In this document: positions 47,562-57,275 of the stretch, piece after piece
How the letters are laid out: each line of letters begins with the position of its first letter
Position numbering within the stretch: the stretch's first letter is position 1
Source: Candidatus Gottesmanbacteria bacterium
GTDB lineage: Bacteria > Patescibacteriota > Microgenomatia > UBA10105 > UBA927
Direction: 5' to 3'
DNA length: 64,000 nt
Assembly: GCA_030679255.1 (NCBI GenBank)
Contig: JAUXTO010000022.1
Location: 64,915-128,914 of the forward strand
The notes under the pieces: generated by a model
The model's database searches: none
What the model saw: the letters and a program-made list of their open reading frames with translations, nothing else
What the model was told of the DNA's origin: nothing
Program-made: the position numbers and the translations under genes

Positions 47562-48707
47562 ATGAATCGATCTATAAAAATCGCGAGCATCATCATGACG
47601 ATTGCCGTTTCGTCATTTCTTCTCATACGGTCCTACCGGACTACCGTGCAACTACCACAGTCTCCCGATGCAACCGCGTCCTCTTCGGCCAACATCAAGC
47701 AGGCCTCGCCATCTGCAATCCTCATCATGAGTATCGGTGATGTTTTGGTGAAACAAGGGAACGAATGGAACACCGGATACGATGGGCAGGCGCTCCTTGA
47801 GGGCAACACCGTCAAAACCGGAACGCGAGGACTGGCATCGATCGAATTTGTTGACATCGGTGTTCTGCGCATGGAACAAAACACGGAAATTTCTCTGTCG
47901 AATCTTACCCCGGTTACGGTTCGCGTGTATCAAACCATCGGCGATACGTACTCAAAAGTCAAAAAGCTCTTCGACCCGGGAAGCGCTTATGAAGTGGAAA
48001 CCCCGACGGCGGTCGCTTCGGTACGGGGCACGGCGTTCGGAGTGTTGGTCAATATCCTGAAAGAAAGCCGTGTTATCGTCACGGATAATGCAGTTGCCGT
48101 TGCTCCGGTCCGGGAACTTGATGGTATCCGCACCCGTCTTTCACAAGTCACAGTAGAAAAAGGCCAGGCAACGATTATCAACCAGGAGGTGATTGCCCGC
48201 GCCGAGCAGTCGCAACTCCCGCCATCAGTCTCCCCTCAGGAGATCGTCCTTCCGAGAGAAAAATTACCATGGATCGAAAAGAACCGATCACGGGACGCCG
48301 AATTTGACCAGAAAGATCAACAAAAACTTCTCCAAAATATTCAAGGGGCAAGTTCCGGATCAGCTCAACGGGAGAAACGCGAAGAACAATCTATACCTAT
48401 CTCAACCACATCGCTCTCTCCGACTCCCGCAAATAATCCTATCCAACAAATCATCCAACCTATCCGTGAGGCGATAGAACGGTTGATAAGCCCACCCCCC
48501 AAACCACCCGAATCAGAAAAACCAACACTCACCCCATCACCATCTTTCTCTGATGAATCCAGGAACAAAACGCGTGATGAACAAAAAGAAAAGGAAAAAG
48601 AAAAGGAAAACGAAATGGAAAAAGAGAGAAAAAGGGAGAAAGAGAAAACTAAACCAATAACGACGCCTGAATCTTCAACAGCGCCTCCCAGGGTTCCATC
48701 CCTATAA
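47562..48707 (+). CDS. FecR-domain protein with low-complexity KE-rich C-terminus
   Basis: Signal/TM start. VASVRGTAFGV is the FecR-domain hallmark. Divergently adjacent to the CHASE2 cyclase, a common pairing. Confidence 0.5.
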   Translation: MNRSIKIASIIMTIAVSSFLLIRSYRTTVQLPQSPDATASSSANIKQASPSAILIMSIGDVLVKQGNEWNTGYDGQALLEGNTVKTGTRGLASIEFVDIGVLRMEQNTEISLSNLTPVTVRVYQTIGDTYSKVKKLFDPGSAYEVETPTAVASVRGTAFGVLVNILKESRVIVTDNAVAVAPVRELDGIRTRLSQVTVEKGQATIINQEVIARAEQSQLPPSVSPQEIVLPREKLPWIEKNRSRDAEFDQKDQQKLLQNIQGASSGSAQREKREEQSIPISTTSLSPTPANNPIQQIIQPIREAIERLISPPPKPPESEKPTLTPSPSFSDESRNKTRDEQKEKEKEKENEMEKERKREKEKTKPITTPESSTAPPRVPSL

Positions 48708-49245
48708 ACCTCAGTATCTCCGCTTCCAAATCCTTTACTTTGGGATAGGCCCGCGCTAGCAGTGCAAGCTCTTCCGGCGGGAGATGTTCCTCGTTCCATT
48801 GTTTGAAACGTGCGTCAACACCGATGACCTCCTGCTTGACCATTTTATCGGCAAAAAACAATAATTTTTCCTCCCAAGTCTTCGGGGCAATCATCGGATC
48901 AAGGATGGCATGCACCGAATGAGTTTTGACGATGTCCGCCACTTCCCCCATCCCCTCTTCCCGCAATATCCTCACCCCTGCGTCCGGATGCCGTTCCCCC
49001 GGCAGTTTCGGTACATTTTTATCGATATCATGAAGCAGTGCACCTGCAATCAAGAGTTTTTCATCAATTTTGACTTTTGACCTGCCTCGCCGGCGGGCGG
49101 GCTTTTGACTTTTGACTTTTGTGGCAAGAAATATTGCCACCCTCGCCACAAGCGCAACGTGCTCTCGCTTCTTTTCCGGCAATCCATACTTCTCCCACAA
49201 TTGTTTTGCCTGCTCTTCTGTAGGAATCATGCCCGCTCCTCCCAC
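48649..49245 (-). CDS. HD-domain phosphohydrolase
   Basis: H...HD pattern LLHDIDKN and a downstream D. Confidence 0.5.
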   Translation of the reverse strand: MGGAGMIPTEEQAKQLWEKYGLPEKKREHVALVARVAIFLATKVKSQKPARRRGRSKVKIDEKLLIAGALLHDIDKNVPKLPGERHPDAGVRILREEGMGEVADIVKTHSVHAILDPMIAPKTWEEKLLFFADKMVKQEVIGVDARFKQWNEEHLPPEELALLARAYPKVKDLEAEILRFIGMEPWEALLKIQASLLV

Positions 49246-49736
49246 CCAAATTCACTATAAAAAATCTTCTTCTGAACGCACTCGATCGCGTGACGGATGT
49301 AGGGAATGGTATTTACAGGAAGGTTTTTTAACGAAACCCACCGAAGGTCGTCACATTTCTTCGGCTCCCGGTTGACGGGCTTCTGATTACCGATATCAGC
49401 AGTAAAGAAAAAATCCATCCGGACATCCAGATGTTTCCGGTGCATGACGTGGACAAGGTTGAATGCTTGTGGCGCGAGGATAACTCCAATTTCTTCCATT
49501 ACTTCCCGCGCCATACACTGAGTCAGTGTCTCCCCGTCCTCCGCGTGTCCGGCCGGCAAACTATACTTCCCGTCTTCGTATCCGGTCTGAAACCGCCGCG
49601 ATAACAAAACTTTTCCATCACGAACAAGAATAAGATATGAGGAAGCAATCATCTTAAAGCGGTTCATGGGAAGAATTATCTCGCCCGTACTGCGCGGCTC
49701 GACCGCACGTCCTCCTGCAGCTTTTCCATGAGCCAC
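49227..49736 (-). CDS. NUDIX hydrolase
   Basis: Perfect Nudix box GHAEDGETLTQCMAREVMEEIGV. Confidence 0.85.
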   Translation of the reverse strand: MAHGKAAGGRAVEPRSTGEIILPMNRFKMIASSYLILVRDGKVLLSRRFQTGYEDGKYSLPAGHAEDGETLTQCMAREVMEEIGVILAPQAFNLVHVMHRKHLDVRMDFFFTADIGNQKPVNREPKKCDDLRWVSLKNLPVNTIPYIRHAIECVQKKIFYSEFGWEERA

Positions 49737-49975
49737 ATTCGTGCAAGTGTGGAGACGTTAAGCCCTTTGCGCATGGCAGTTTTTGCAAGGGCGTGTTTGA
49801 AGCTCTTTTGCAATCGAACAATCAGGCTTTCTTCCCGTGGACTATCCAAGTCAAACACAATATCCACGTCTTTCCACGTATCCCAGTAATCCGCAAAGCT
49901 GTGGCTATCCCAAAATTCAGCCTCTTCAAAGTAGGATTTAAAATGTGGAATTGAATCAATATTTTTCTTTTTCAT
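49676..49975 (-). CDS. BrnA-type antitoxin
   Basis: C-terminal GLNVSTLARMWLMEKL parallels the BrnA copy at 24873. Confidence 0.65.
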   Translation of the reverse strand: MKKKNIDSIPHFKSYFEEAEFWDSHSFADYWDTWKDVDIVFDLDSPREESLIVRLQKSFKHALAKTAMRKGLNVSTLARMWLMEKLQEDVRSSRAVRAR

Positions 49976-50234
49976 ATACCCTCCTTCGCTCTTTTTTATC
50001 TGCGTCTCGGGCAGTAATCACCACATATTGACCGGTTTCTTCTCTATGTACGATGATCGATAAAATTCTCTCGCCCGTCCTTCCTATCACAATGTATCTG
50101 CCTTTGTATCCCCGTTTATGCGCAATCAGATGCTTCGCCGCATCTTCAGCCTCCGCGACTGAAACGTGGTGCTTCTGAACATGTTCGGCGTTCCATTCCT
50201 GCCAACGTAGCTTCTTAATGACAATCCTCGTCAT
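49956..50234 (-). CDS. BrnT-type toxin (DUF497)
   Basis: LRWQEWNAEHVQKHHVSVAEAED matches the BrnT N-terminal motif. Confidence 0.7.
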   Translation of the reverse strand: MTRIVIKKLRWQEWNAEHVQKHHVSVAEAEDAAKHLIAHKRGYKGRYIVIGRTGERILSIIVHREETGQYVVITARDADKKERRRVYEKEKY

Positions 50235-50278
50235 AAATGTATTACACTGTTATACATTTGTCAAATCCAGGCACAATG

Positions 50279-50872
50279 CTAAACATTTGGCTTTTGTCCA
50301 TTGGCGCTGAAGTAGCCCAGGGCCTGGAGGACGAGATCGAGCGTTTCCAGGGGTCCGTGGGAGTACGTATTGATAATCAGATCATAGTGTTTGGGATCCC
50401 AAAAATCATCGGTCTTGTACATCCGTTGCCACTTAGAGAGGTTGCTCTCCTCCCGCATCCGGATATGATTTTTGGCATCCTCAACCGTGATGTTGTCGCG
50501 GTTGACGATCCGGTCAATCCGCAGCGCGTCATCACACATCAATAATACTTTCAGGACGTGTTTAATTCCCCGTGCATTCCACCCGGCGATCCAACTCTCG
50601 ATTGCCATGTGGACGCCGGGGTCGGAAATTTTCTCCCGCATCGCAACGTCTATCTGCAGATCCACCTCATCCCCATAATCCGTCGCCAGATGATGCTTGG
50701 GGTCATTGGGGTCCTGCTTGCCTGCTTTAATGGAAAACTGCCGCGACCAATCCCCACCGGAAAAAAATTCCCATTGAATCGGCTCCAAGTATTGGCGAAG
50801 ATTCTTCAGAAGCGTTGATCGCCCTGCGCCGGGACGGCTGGAGATGGCGACAGAAGAATACTTGAGCTTCAT
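50279..50872 (-). CDS. cytidylate-kinase-like P-loop nucleotide kinase
   Basis: VAISSRPGAGRSTLLKNL P-loop at the N-terminus. Start moved to MKLKYSS; the upstream ORF extension lacks coding character. Confidence 0.5.
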   Translation of the reverse strand: MKLKYSSVAISSRPGAGRSTLLKNLRQYLEPIQWEFFSGGDWSRQFSIKAGKQDPNDPKHHLATDYGDEVDLQIDVAMREKISDPGVHMAIESWIAGWNARGIKHVLKVLLMCDDALRIDRIVNRDNITVEDAKNHIRMREESNLSKWQRMYKTDDFWDPKHYDLIINTYSHGPLETLDLVLQALGYFSANGQKPNV

Positions 50873-50972
50873 ATTCCTATTATAAAGAAGTATTGATCCT
50901 TCGACAAGCTCAGAATCAATGCTGAGTTTATCGAAGCATTGACTTCCGTCAAGGACCGAGAGATAATAACGC

Positions 50973-51551
50973 ATGGCAGACCAATATCTTCCGGTCACCT
51001 GGAATGAATTCCACTCCTTGAGTCTTCTTCTTGCCGAGCAAATCCTAAAAAGCAAAAAACCAATAGATGAAATCGTGGCGATTGCCCGAGGCGGACTTTC
51101 CCTTGGCCTCATCCTCACGGATCTTCTCCAAAAACCCATATCAACCATCACCATCCAAAGCTATACGGATATAGAAAAACAAGGAGAACTCACGATTACA
51201 AGCAAGCTCGGCAAACAGATCAAAGATAAAAATATCTTGCTGGTCGATGACATCGCCGACTCCGGCAAGACATTTCAAAGAGCGATAAAATATTTACAGG
51301 CATTCCGCCCGGCATCCATCACCACCGCAGCTCTTTTTTACAAACCTCACTCGGTGTTCCGCCCGAATTTCTTTGCCAAAGAAACCAGCCTCTGGATCCT
51401 CCTCCCCCACGAAGTTGCCGAATGGATCACGACGTTTACCGCATCGATGACCAAGGAGGGTAAATCAAAAACAGAAATTCATGCATTTTTACAGAAAATA
51501 GGCTATAATGACGACCAAATCGAATTTGCCCACACGCATTATCCCTCATGA
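50973..51551 (+). CDS. purine phosphoribosyltransferase (Gpt/Hpt-like type I PRTase)
   Basis: PRPP-binding motif ILLVDDIADSGKT. N-terminal YLPVTWNEFHSL resembles xanthine-guanine PRTase. Confidence 0.65.
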   Translation: MADQYLPVTWNEFHSLSLLLAEQILKSKKPIDEIVAIARGGLSLGLILTDLLQKPISTITIQSYTDIEKQGELTITSKLGKQIKDKNILLVDDIADSGKTFQRAIKYLQAFRPASITTAALFYKPHSVFRPNFFAKETSLWILLPHEVAEWITTFTASMTKEGKSKTEIHAFLQKIGYNDDQIEFAHTHYPS

Positions 51552-52378
51552 TACAACCAGAAAGCGGAATTATCCGCGAACCACACATCCACTTTCACGA
51601 TGTGACGAAAGAACTGGTCGACCAGTGTGACGCGAGGGAAGCCGAAAAAATCGTTGTTGGCCTCATCGCCGAGCGCGCACGGGTAAAAGAAGGCGGCATC
51701 ATCCTTTCCTGGAGCGAGTTTAATGAAAATCCGGATCCTTTGGTCAACAGACTGCTCGCAAAAATACTCGTCGCACAGATTGATCCCAAGTTTTTAGAAG
51801 GCGTCACCGCCGCAGAAATTGCCGTCCTCTCGATCGAAAATTCAGCCGGGTACTTGGCCTCGGAAGTCACCCATGAACTCGCCCGGCAACTCAAGTTATC
51901 TAAACCCCCGCGTATCATCCGCGCACGGAAAGCAGAAGGCGGAAAAAAACCCTCTCCCGCTATGGGGGGACATACCGCCTGGGTCGACGTCCATCCTATT
52001 ACATCCGGCGGACAACCACGCACGCTGGTGGCTTCCATGGCAGATACAGATGATTTAAAGAATATTAAGGTCCTCATCCCGGTCGATGACTTCCGCGCGA
52101 CGGGCAGCTCGCTTAACGGCGGCGTCAACCTGGGGCTCGGACTTTTGGAGCAAGCAGGGGTGGATATCTCGACAATCCTAGTTCTTCCGATGGCAGGACT
52201 CGGGAAGCCAGAACAGGAAAGAGCCATCCACAGCAGCAATCATCGCGCATTCACGGTCATGACGGCCGTCAACGTCCATTTTTGGGCAGACAGAGACCTG
52301 GGGCATGCGCTCGTACAGGCCAACGGTTTTCCTCCCCACATCATGCACAATGCAAGTGTTGCAGATTTCTCTTCTTGA
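51548..52378 (+). CDS. phosphoribosyltransferase-like protein (divergent)
   Basis: VLIPVDDFRATGSSL resembles the type I PRTase PRPP loop. Start overlaps the upstream stop (ATGA). Confidence 0.4.
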   Translation: MIQPESGIIREPHIHFHDVTKELVDQCDAREAEKIVVGLIAERARVKEGGIILSWSEFNENPDPLVNRLLAKILVAQIDPKFLEGVTAAEIAVLSIENSAGYLASEVTHELARQLKLSKPPRIIRARKAEGGKKPSPAMGGHTAWVDVHPITSGGQPRTLVASMADTDDLKNIKVLIPVDDFRATGSSLNGGVNLGLGLLEQAGVDISTILVLPMAGLGKPEQERAIHSSNHRAFTVMTAVNVHFWADRDLGHALVQANGFPPHIMHNASVADFSS

Positions 52379-52602
52379 CGCTGCCCCTTGCTATCCGCTA
52401 CTCTCCCAGTATAGGGCTAGACACGCGCCCTATTTTTAGTGGATTCGTAGCTATTTCGATTCATAGAGAAAATGCGTACGAGCCATAATCCGCCGAAGCG
52501 AATATTCATCTGCGTGGACGTAGACCACGAGATGAACATGAGCGAAGGAGGAGATGGTATTCATTCATATTCATACATTTCCGGCGCAGAAAAGGAGACC
52601 CT

Positions 52603-52776
52603 ATGGCAGTGTCAGAAATGCAAAATCCTGGTCACCTCGCTCCCACTGACGGTGATTCAGCGCCCAAGGTGATAATAATAAAAAAAGATGTTCAAGTAAT
52701 CTATCTTTCTGGATCTGAATCTTCAGAAGAAGATGAACAAAGAGCATTGGAAGAAACAACCATCGGAGATACGTAA
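52603..52776 (+). CDS. small acidic ORF (57 aa), translationally coupled to downstream gene
   Basis: RBS AAGGAGA 5 nt upstream of the ATG. Stop TAA lies 2 nt before the next ATG. Below the ORF-track size cutoff. Confidence 0.3.
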   Translation: MAVSEMQNPGHLAPTDGDSAPKVIIIKKDVQVIYLSGSESSEEDEQRALEETTIGDT

Positions 52777-52778
52777 AA

Positions 52779-53279
52779 ATGACTTGGACTCCTGAACGTT
52801 CATTCCATCGGGGAGATAGAGATGGTCAATATTACATGACTGGAGTACTTGACCGGGAAACAACGATGAAAAGCGTTGCACAAGAAGTTGCCCGTTTTTT
52901 TCACATACAATCATATCATGCAGTACTACCGCCGCCTGATCCATATTGCACAGAAGAAGACGAGCAACTTGTTACCATCTTACAAGATACGCTAAGTGAA
53001 CAAAATAGTCACCAGCATTCAGATGCAATATTGCATATTGTCGCATGGAGTTTAACTGTTCCCACGGCAATCATGAGTGCGCGGATTATTCACGCCCAAT
53101 GCGCCCAACACAATATACAGTTTCGTGGCATCGGTTGTGGATTTTTAACGATCCCTAATGAATTTCAGGGGCCCTATCAACTTTTTTCTGACGAAACTTG
53201 GAATCGTGAGGCTGGAATTACTCCATTTGTCCCTTTATATCGATGCACTGCCCAACCCGCTGACTGCTTGCAAGCATAA
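52779..53279 (+). CDS. hypothetical protein
   Basis: 166-aa ORF; no motif recognised. Confidence 0.35.
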   Translation: MTWTPERSFHRGDRDGQYYMTGVLDRETTMKSVAQEVARFFHIQSYHAVLPPPDPYCTEEDEQLVTILQDTLSEQNSHQHSDAILHIVAWSLTVPTAIMSARIIHAQCAQHNIQFRGIGCGFLTIPNEFQGPYQLFSDETWNREAGITPFVPLYRCTAQPADCLQA

Positions 53280-53301
53280 CGCATCCGCAGTAAGATAGCG
53301 T

Positions 53302-53928
53302 ATGGCTCCACAAGATCTGAAAAACGATCGCGACTTTCTCCACCAGGAATTCCTCCGCGATGCCAAAGTCATTGATCTCGAGCGCGGGTACGTCTCCGCT
53401 TCTTCATTTAACCTTCGCATGAAGCCATCAATCCTTGCTGCGGCCGCCCGTCTCATCGCTCACGAATTTAAAAACGAAAAAATTGATATCATCCACGGCA
53501 TCCCCCACTCCGGCAATTATCTGGCGACCGCCGTCGCCCTTGCCCTCGATAACCCCACATTGCGTCTCCACAGCTCCCGCAAAGATCAAAACGTGCCGAC
53601 GACGTGGAAAGATATTTTCCGCGCAGAACTTCGCTCGTTTACGACGAGTAACAGCGGCATGTCCGTATTTTCCGGCATCAACCTCTCCTTTGTCCTTCCC
53701 GGCGACCGGATCCTCATCGTCGATGACGTGTGCGCCACGGGCGAAACGGGTGTCGGCATCATTGAGGGCCTCCTCAAGCGCGGTGTTCATATCGCCGGAT
53801 TTGCGGTATTATTTGATAAAGTATTTCAGGGGGGACTCGAGGAAGTCAAAAAACTCGGCATAAAAGTCTACTCCTGTATCCATGTCCGTGAAATCGGCAA
53901 ACATGATTCAGTCGTTATTACACCATAA
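53302..53928 (+). CDS. type I phosphoribosyltransferase
   Basis: ILIVDDVCATGETG PRPP-binding motif. Confidence 0.6.
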   Translation: MAPQDLKNDRDFLHQEFLRDAKVIDLERGYVSASSFNLRMKPSILAAAARLIAHEFKNEKIDIIHGIPHSGNYLATAVALALDNPTLRLHSSRKDQNVPTTWKDIFRAELRSFTTSNSGMSVFSGINLSFVLPGDRILIVDDVCATGETGVGIIEGLLKRGVHIAGFAVLFDKVFQGGLEEVKKLGIKVYSCIHVREIGKHDSVVITP

Positions 53929-54111
53929 CTATGAGCTCAGAAGATACACCAAATAAAAAAATACCTCTCGAAGTAATTGAACGAATACGCGAGAAGATGA
54001 ATGGAGATGGAGATCCCGATAGTCACTATTATGAATACGTCCCGGTGACTCCTAAACAACAGTCTGTTTATGACAAGCCGGTTGAACCACAGCCGGACGA
54101 GGCAAGCTAAT

Positions 54112-55629
54112 ATGATCCTCATCATCGACTTTGGATCCCAAACCGCCCACCTCATCGGCCGCAGGCTTCGCACGCTTGGCGTCCCCGTGGGTTATTGCAA
54201 TCCCGAAGATGCGCTTTCTTATATTAAAGATAACCAGCCCAACGGTATCATCCTCTCCGGTGGGCCCAATGACATCAGTCACGACGCATCTCTGTCTGTC
54301 GACAAACAACTGTTCAACCTCGGATTGCCGGTACTGGGAATCTGCTATGGCTGGCAACTCATGGCACATCTCTTAGGCGGGACGGTCAAACATTCCAAAA
54401 AAGAATACGGCCCCGAGGAATTAGCGCTTGATAAGCGTACCAGTATATTCAATCTACCCCGAAAAAAATTCTCCGTTATCATGTCTCATGGCGACACCGT
54501 GACGAAATTGCCAAAAGATTTTATTGCGGTTGGGTCTACCAAACAAGTCCGTTTCGCCGCAGTAGTTAATGAAAAGAAAAAATTGTTTGGCGTCCAATTT
54601 CATCCCGAGGCGGATCATACGGAACATGGGACAGAACTACTGCAGAATTTTGCAATCGATATATGCGGTGAGTCACTCTCCCCTTTTGTATTAGATCCCA
54701 ACAAAATTATCCACTCTATTATAGATACCGTCGGTAAAAATAAAGTTATCTGTGCCGTTTCGGGAGGCGTGGATAGCACGGTCACTGCATTTCTCATCGG
54801 GAAAGCAATCGGCAATAACTTAATTCCGGTTTATGTAGATAGTGGTCTTATGCGACCTGGTACGGAAAAACGGGTCCATCATATATTTACAAAACTTATC
54901 CATGCAAATCTCGTTGTCGTCGATGCCCGAAAACAATTTATGGCGGCTCTCAAAGGCGTCACAGACCCAGAAGTGAAGAGAAAAACAATCGGCAAACTCT
55001 ACATCGACATATTTCAAGAACAATCGCTCAAACAAAAAGATGCCTCATTTCTTGGTCAGGGAACGATTTATTCTGATGTCATCGAAAGTAAAGGCAGTAA
55101 ACACGCTTCTCACATCAAGTCCCACCACAACGTCGGCGGCTTACCGAAAGACATGAAGCTCACGCTCCTCGAGCCCTTGCGGAATTTTTATAAGGACGAG
55201 GTTAGAGCAATTGGTCGACTCATCGGATTGCCCAATGAGACTGTACAGGAACAGGTATTTCCGGGCCCAGGCTATGCGGTCCGTATCCGAGGAGAAGTCA
55301 CCACCGAACGGCTTGAGCAGATTAAACGAGCAGATAGTATCGTTGTGGATGAAATGAAAAAGGCTGGACTCTACGATAAAACGTATATGTGCTTTGCGAT
55401 CATGACCGGCACACATTCTACCGCCGTCAAAGGAGATGCGCGGGTATTTGCGGAAGTTGTCGCTATTCGTTCCGTCGATTCGCAGGATGTGATGACGAGT
55501 GAATGGACGCGCATCCCACATGACGTTCTTCATGTCATGGCGTCCCGAATCGTCAATGAAGTACCCAACATCTCCCGCGTCGTCTACGACATCACGACCA
55601 AACCCCCGGCGACCATGGAATGGGAATAA
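54112..55629 (+). CDS. guaA: GMP synthase (glutamine-hydrolysing)
   Basis: Class I GATase (ILIIDFGSQTAHLIGRRLRTLGV, GICYGWQL), ATP-PPase P-loop CAVSGGVDSTV, and the dimerisation C-terminus ending ...PPATMEWE. Confidence 0.95.
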   Translation: MILIIDFGSQTAHLIGRRLRTLGVPVGYCNPEDALSYIKDNQPNGIILSGGPNDISHDASLSVDKQLFNLGLPVLGICYGWQLMAHLLGGTVKHSKKEYGPEELALDKRTSIFNLPRKKFSVIMSHGDTVTKLPKDFIAVGSTKQVRFAAVVNEKKKLFGVQFHPEADHTEHGTELLQNFAIDICGESLSPFVLDPNKIIHSIIDTVGKNKVICAVSGGVDSTVTAFLIGKAIGNNLIPVYVDSGLMRPGTEKRVHHIFTKLIHANLVVVDARKQFMAALKGVTDPEVKRKTIGKLYIDIFQEQSLKQKDASFLGQGTIYSDVIESKGSKHASHIKSHHNVGGLPKDMKLTLLEPLRNFYKDEVRAIGRLIGLPNETVQEQVFPGPGYAVRIRGEVTTERLEQIKRADSIVVDEMKKAGLYDKTYMCFAIMTGTHSTAVKGDARVFAEVVAIRSVDSQDVMTSEWTRIPHDVLHVMASRIVNEVPNISRVVYDITTKPPATMEWE

Positions 55630-55632
55630 AAC
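55604..55632 (+). repeat. guaA 3'-terminal segment; first copy of a ~25-nt direct repeat (CGGCGACCATGGAATGGGAATAAAAC)
   Basis: Nearly identical copies recur at 56349-56377 and 57253-57275. Confidence 0.7.
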
Positions 55633-55635
55633 CAT

Positions 55636-56025
55636 TTATTTCCCACTCGCCAATCGAGCCAGGTCTTTATCAAATGTAAGCACCGTTTTGATCTTGTACG
55701 CCTCGATAATCGCCACGGAATAGCAATCCACCCAACTTATATTCTTACTTTTAACCATCTTAAAGATCTCCCACGCTCGGATCACAAGCTCATGCGTCTC
55801 AAAGAGGACCGTCGTTGTGCTCCCACGAAGAATATCTTCAACAAATGCAATCGTCGCTTCCTTACTGAATCGCTGCGATCCCACCGTTGCCACTTCTCCC
55901 AATATCGCCTGTGACGTGAGCTTTGGGGCCATGCCATGTTCTCTGGCTAGAGCTACTGCGGCATCGTGATTACTATCAGTAGGTTTGAGGAGACTTATGT
56001 AAAACGAGGCATCGACAAAAATCAT
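55636..56025 (-). CDS. vapC: PIN-domain toxin VapC
   Basis: MIFVDASFYISLL start and conserved acidic pattern. Confidence 0.8.
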   Translation of the reverse strand: MIFVDASFYISLLKPTDSNHDAAVALAREHGMAPKLTSQAILGEVATVGSQRFSKEATIAFVEDILRGSTTTVLFETHELVIRAWEIFKMVKSKNISWVDCYSVAIIEAYKIKTVLTFDKDLARLASGK

Positions 56026-56279
56026 ATCCGCTTGTCTCCATAAAGGTAGCGTTTGTAGTTGGTAGAAAGATCCGTAGAATATTTTTTGCCTTTGTACCGT
56101 TTCCCGATCTCAGCAAGCGCCAGGAGCTCATTTTTTACGTTCTTCCTTTTGGATAGGAAATGCCCGTCTATCGCCTCTCGCACCACATCAGAGACGCTCT
56201 GCCGCCCCTGCTGGGCAAGGAGAGTTAACATCTGCTTCTGCTCCTCTGGTATGCGGACCACGAGTTGTGTCATACGCAT
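56022..56279 (-). CDS. ribbon-helix-helix (CopG/VapB-like) antitoxin
   Basis: LVVRIPEEQKQMLTLLAQQGRQSVSDVVREAI is an RHH motif. Stop overlaps the VapC start. Confidence 0.6.
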   Translation of the reverse strand: MRMTQLVVRIPEEQKQMLTLLAQQGRQSVSDVVREAIDGHFLSKRKNVKNELLALAEIGKRYKGKKYSTDLSTNYKRYLYGDKRI

Positions 56280-56348
56280 TACATATTACAATTACTGCGG
56301 GGTGTTGTCAATAAGGGGGTTGTCTCCATTCTCATGCAGCACTAAACC

Positions 56349-56377
56349 TCCGGCGACTATGGAGTGGGAGTAAAACA
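56349..56377 (+). repeat. second copy of the guaA 3'-end direct repeat (CGGCGACTATGGAGTGGGAGTAAAAC)
   Basis: 24/26 nt identical to the guaA terminus, including the stop codon. Confidence 0.7.
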
Positions 56378-56394
56378 GTATTAGCTACGAATTA

Positions 56395-57060
56395 TTAAAA
56401 TTTAATCTGTGGATATTGAGGCTTCCAATCCCATTTTTGCCTTGGTTGCTTACTCTTTGGATCAAAATCCCAACCGCTTTTTACTAAAAGCTTATTGAGT
56501 CTCCCTCGAAGCGTCGATGCTTCCGATCTGCTTAAATCTCCATCATATGATGCCACCGCTGCTACATTCAGTCCATGAAAAATAAGAGTATCTACCGCAT
56601 GAAATGCCTCCTTAACCATTGGTGTAATAATGGGATTATTTTCTCGAAATGTATGCCGGGCGGTTGCCAAATCCAAGGGAAGAACACCACCGCTGTGTGC
56701 CGTTTGTCTAGCAAACTCTTCGGGTTGTATGATATCGGTTGTCTGTTCGGAAAAAGGATCAATAACGATTATTCCTTTCTCATTTTTATAGGTAATCGTT
56801 TCAAACCCCGGAGCAACTTTATCGGCACCTGTGGCAGGATCGAAATAGCGCACTTTCTGCGCGAGGTGATAACGAACTTGAGGATGGGAAATGTCAAGAA
56901 CTCTTTGCTGAACGGGCGTTGGATTATCTGCACTTATCTGTCCCAGAGGCACGCCGAGAGACACGCGGGGTCTTCCGTCCCCTATTCCACCAAGAATAGA
57001 TTGCGTAGGTTCGGGAAATATTGAAGGGATTTCAGCTTGTGCGTCAAGTCCAACCATCAA
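56395..57060 (-). CDS. hypothetical protein, cassette paralog A
   Basis: Shares a conserved core with the next gene (R..H....V.Y..PA.G...V.P......I.....G.I..DP). Confidence 0.45.
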   Translation of the reverse strand: MMVGLDAQAEIPSIFPEPTQSILGGIGDGRPRVSLGVPLGQISADNPTPVQQRVLDISHPQVRYHLAQKVRYFDPATGADKVAPGFETITYKNEKGIIVIDPFSEQTTDIIQPEEFARQTAHSGGVLPLDLATARHTFRENNPIITPMVKEAFHAVDTLIFHGLNVAAVASYDGDLSRSEASTLRGRLNKLLVKSGWDFDPKSKQPRQKWDWKPQYPQIKF

Positions 57061-57062
57061 CG

Positions 57063-57110
57063 CTTAGAGTACTCTCTCTCTCTCTCTGGAAATCAAGCTG
57101 CAGGCGCAAA
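57063..57110 (+). repeat. direct repeat R2 (AGTACTCTCTCTCTCTCTGGAAATCAAGCTGCAGGCGCAAATC)
   Basis: Second copy at 58155-58200 (AGTACTCTCTCTCTCTGGAAAATCAAGCGGTGGGTGCGAATC). The two copies bracket cassette paralog B. Confidence 0.6.
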
Positions 57111-57252
57111 TCGTCGTGCAGATATTAGTGCTAATATTAATAATCAAATCTGAATAGCCTTGACAAAATACACCACGTGGTTTATTTTGTCTCAACTTAA
57201 AAACAGCTTAAAAGGTAGAAAGGGGTAGAAAGCCAAACATCACCACAAACCC

Positions 57253-57275
57253 CAAACGACTATGGAGTGGGAATA
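57253..57275 (+). repeat. third copy of the guaA 3'-end direct repeat (CGACTATGGAGTGGGAATAG)
   Basis: Direct sequence identity to the other two copies. Confidence 0.65.

Noticed and set aside
56059-56373. Plus-strand ORF ending in ...KPPATMEWE (looks like a second guaA C-terminus)
   Set aside because: It is antisense to the VapC/RHH operon. Its guaA-like end is explained by the nucleotide direct repeat of the guaA terminus, not by a real coding gene.
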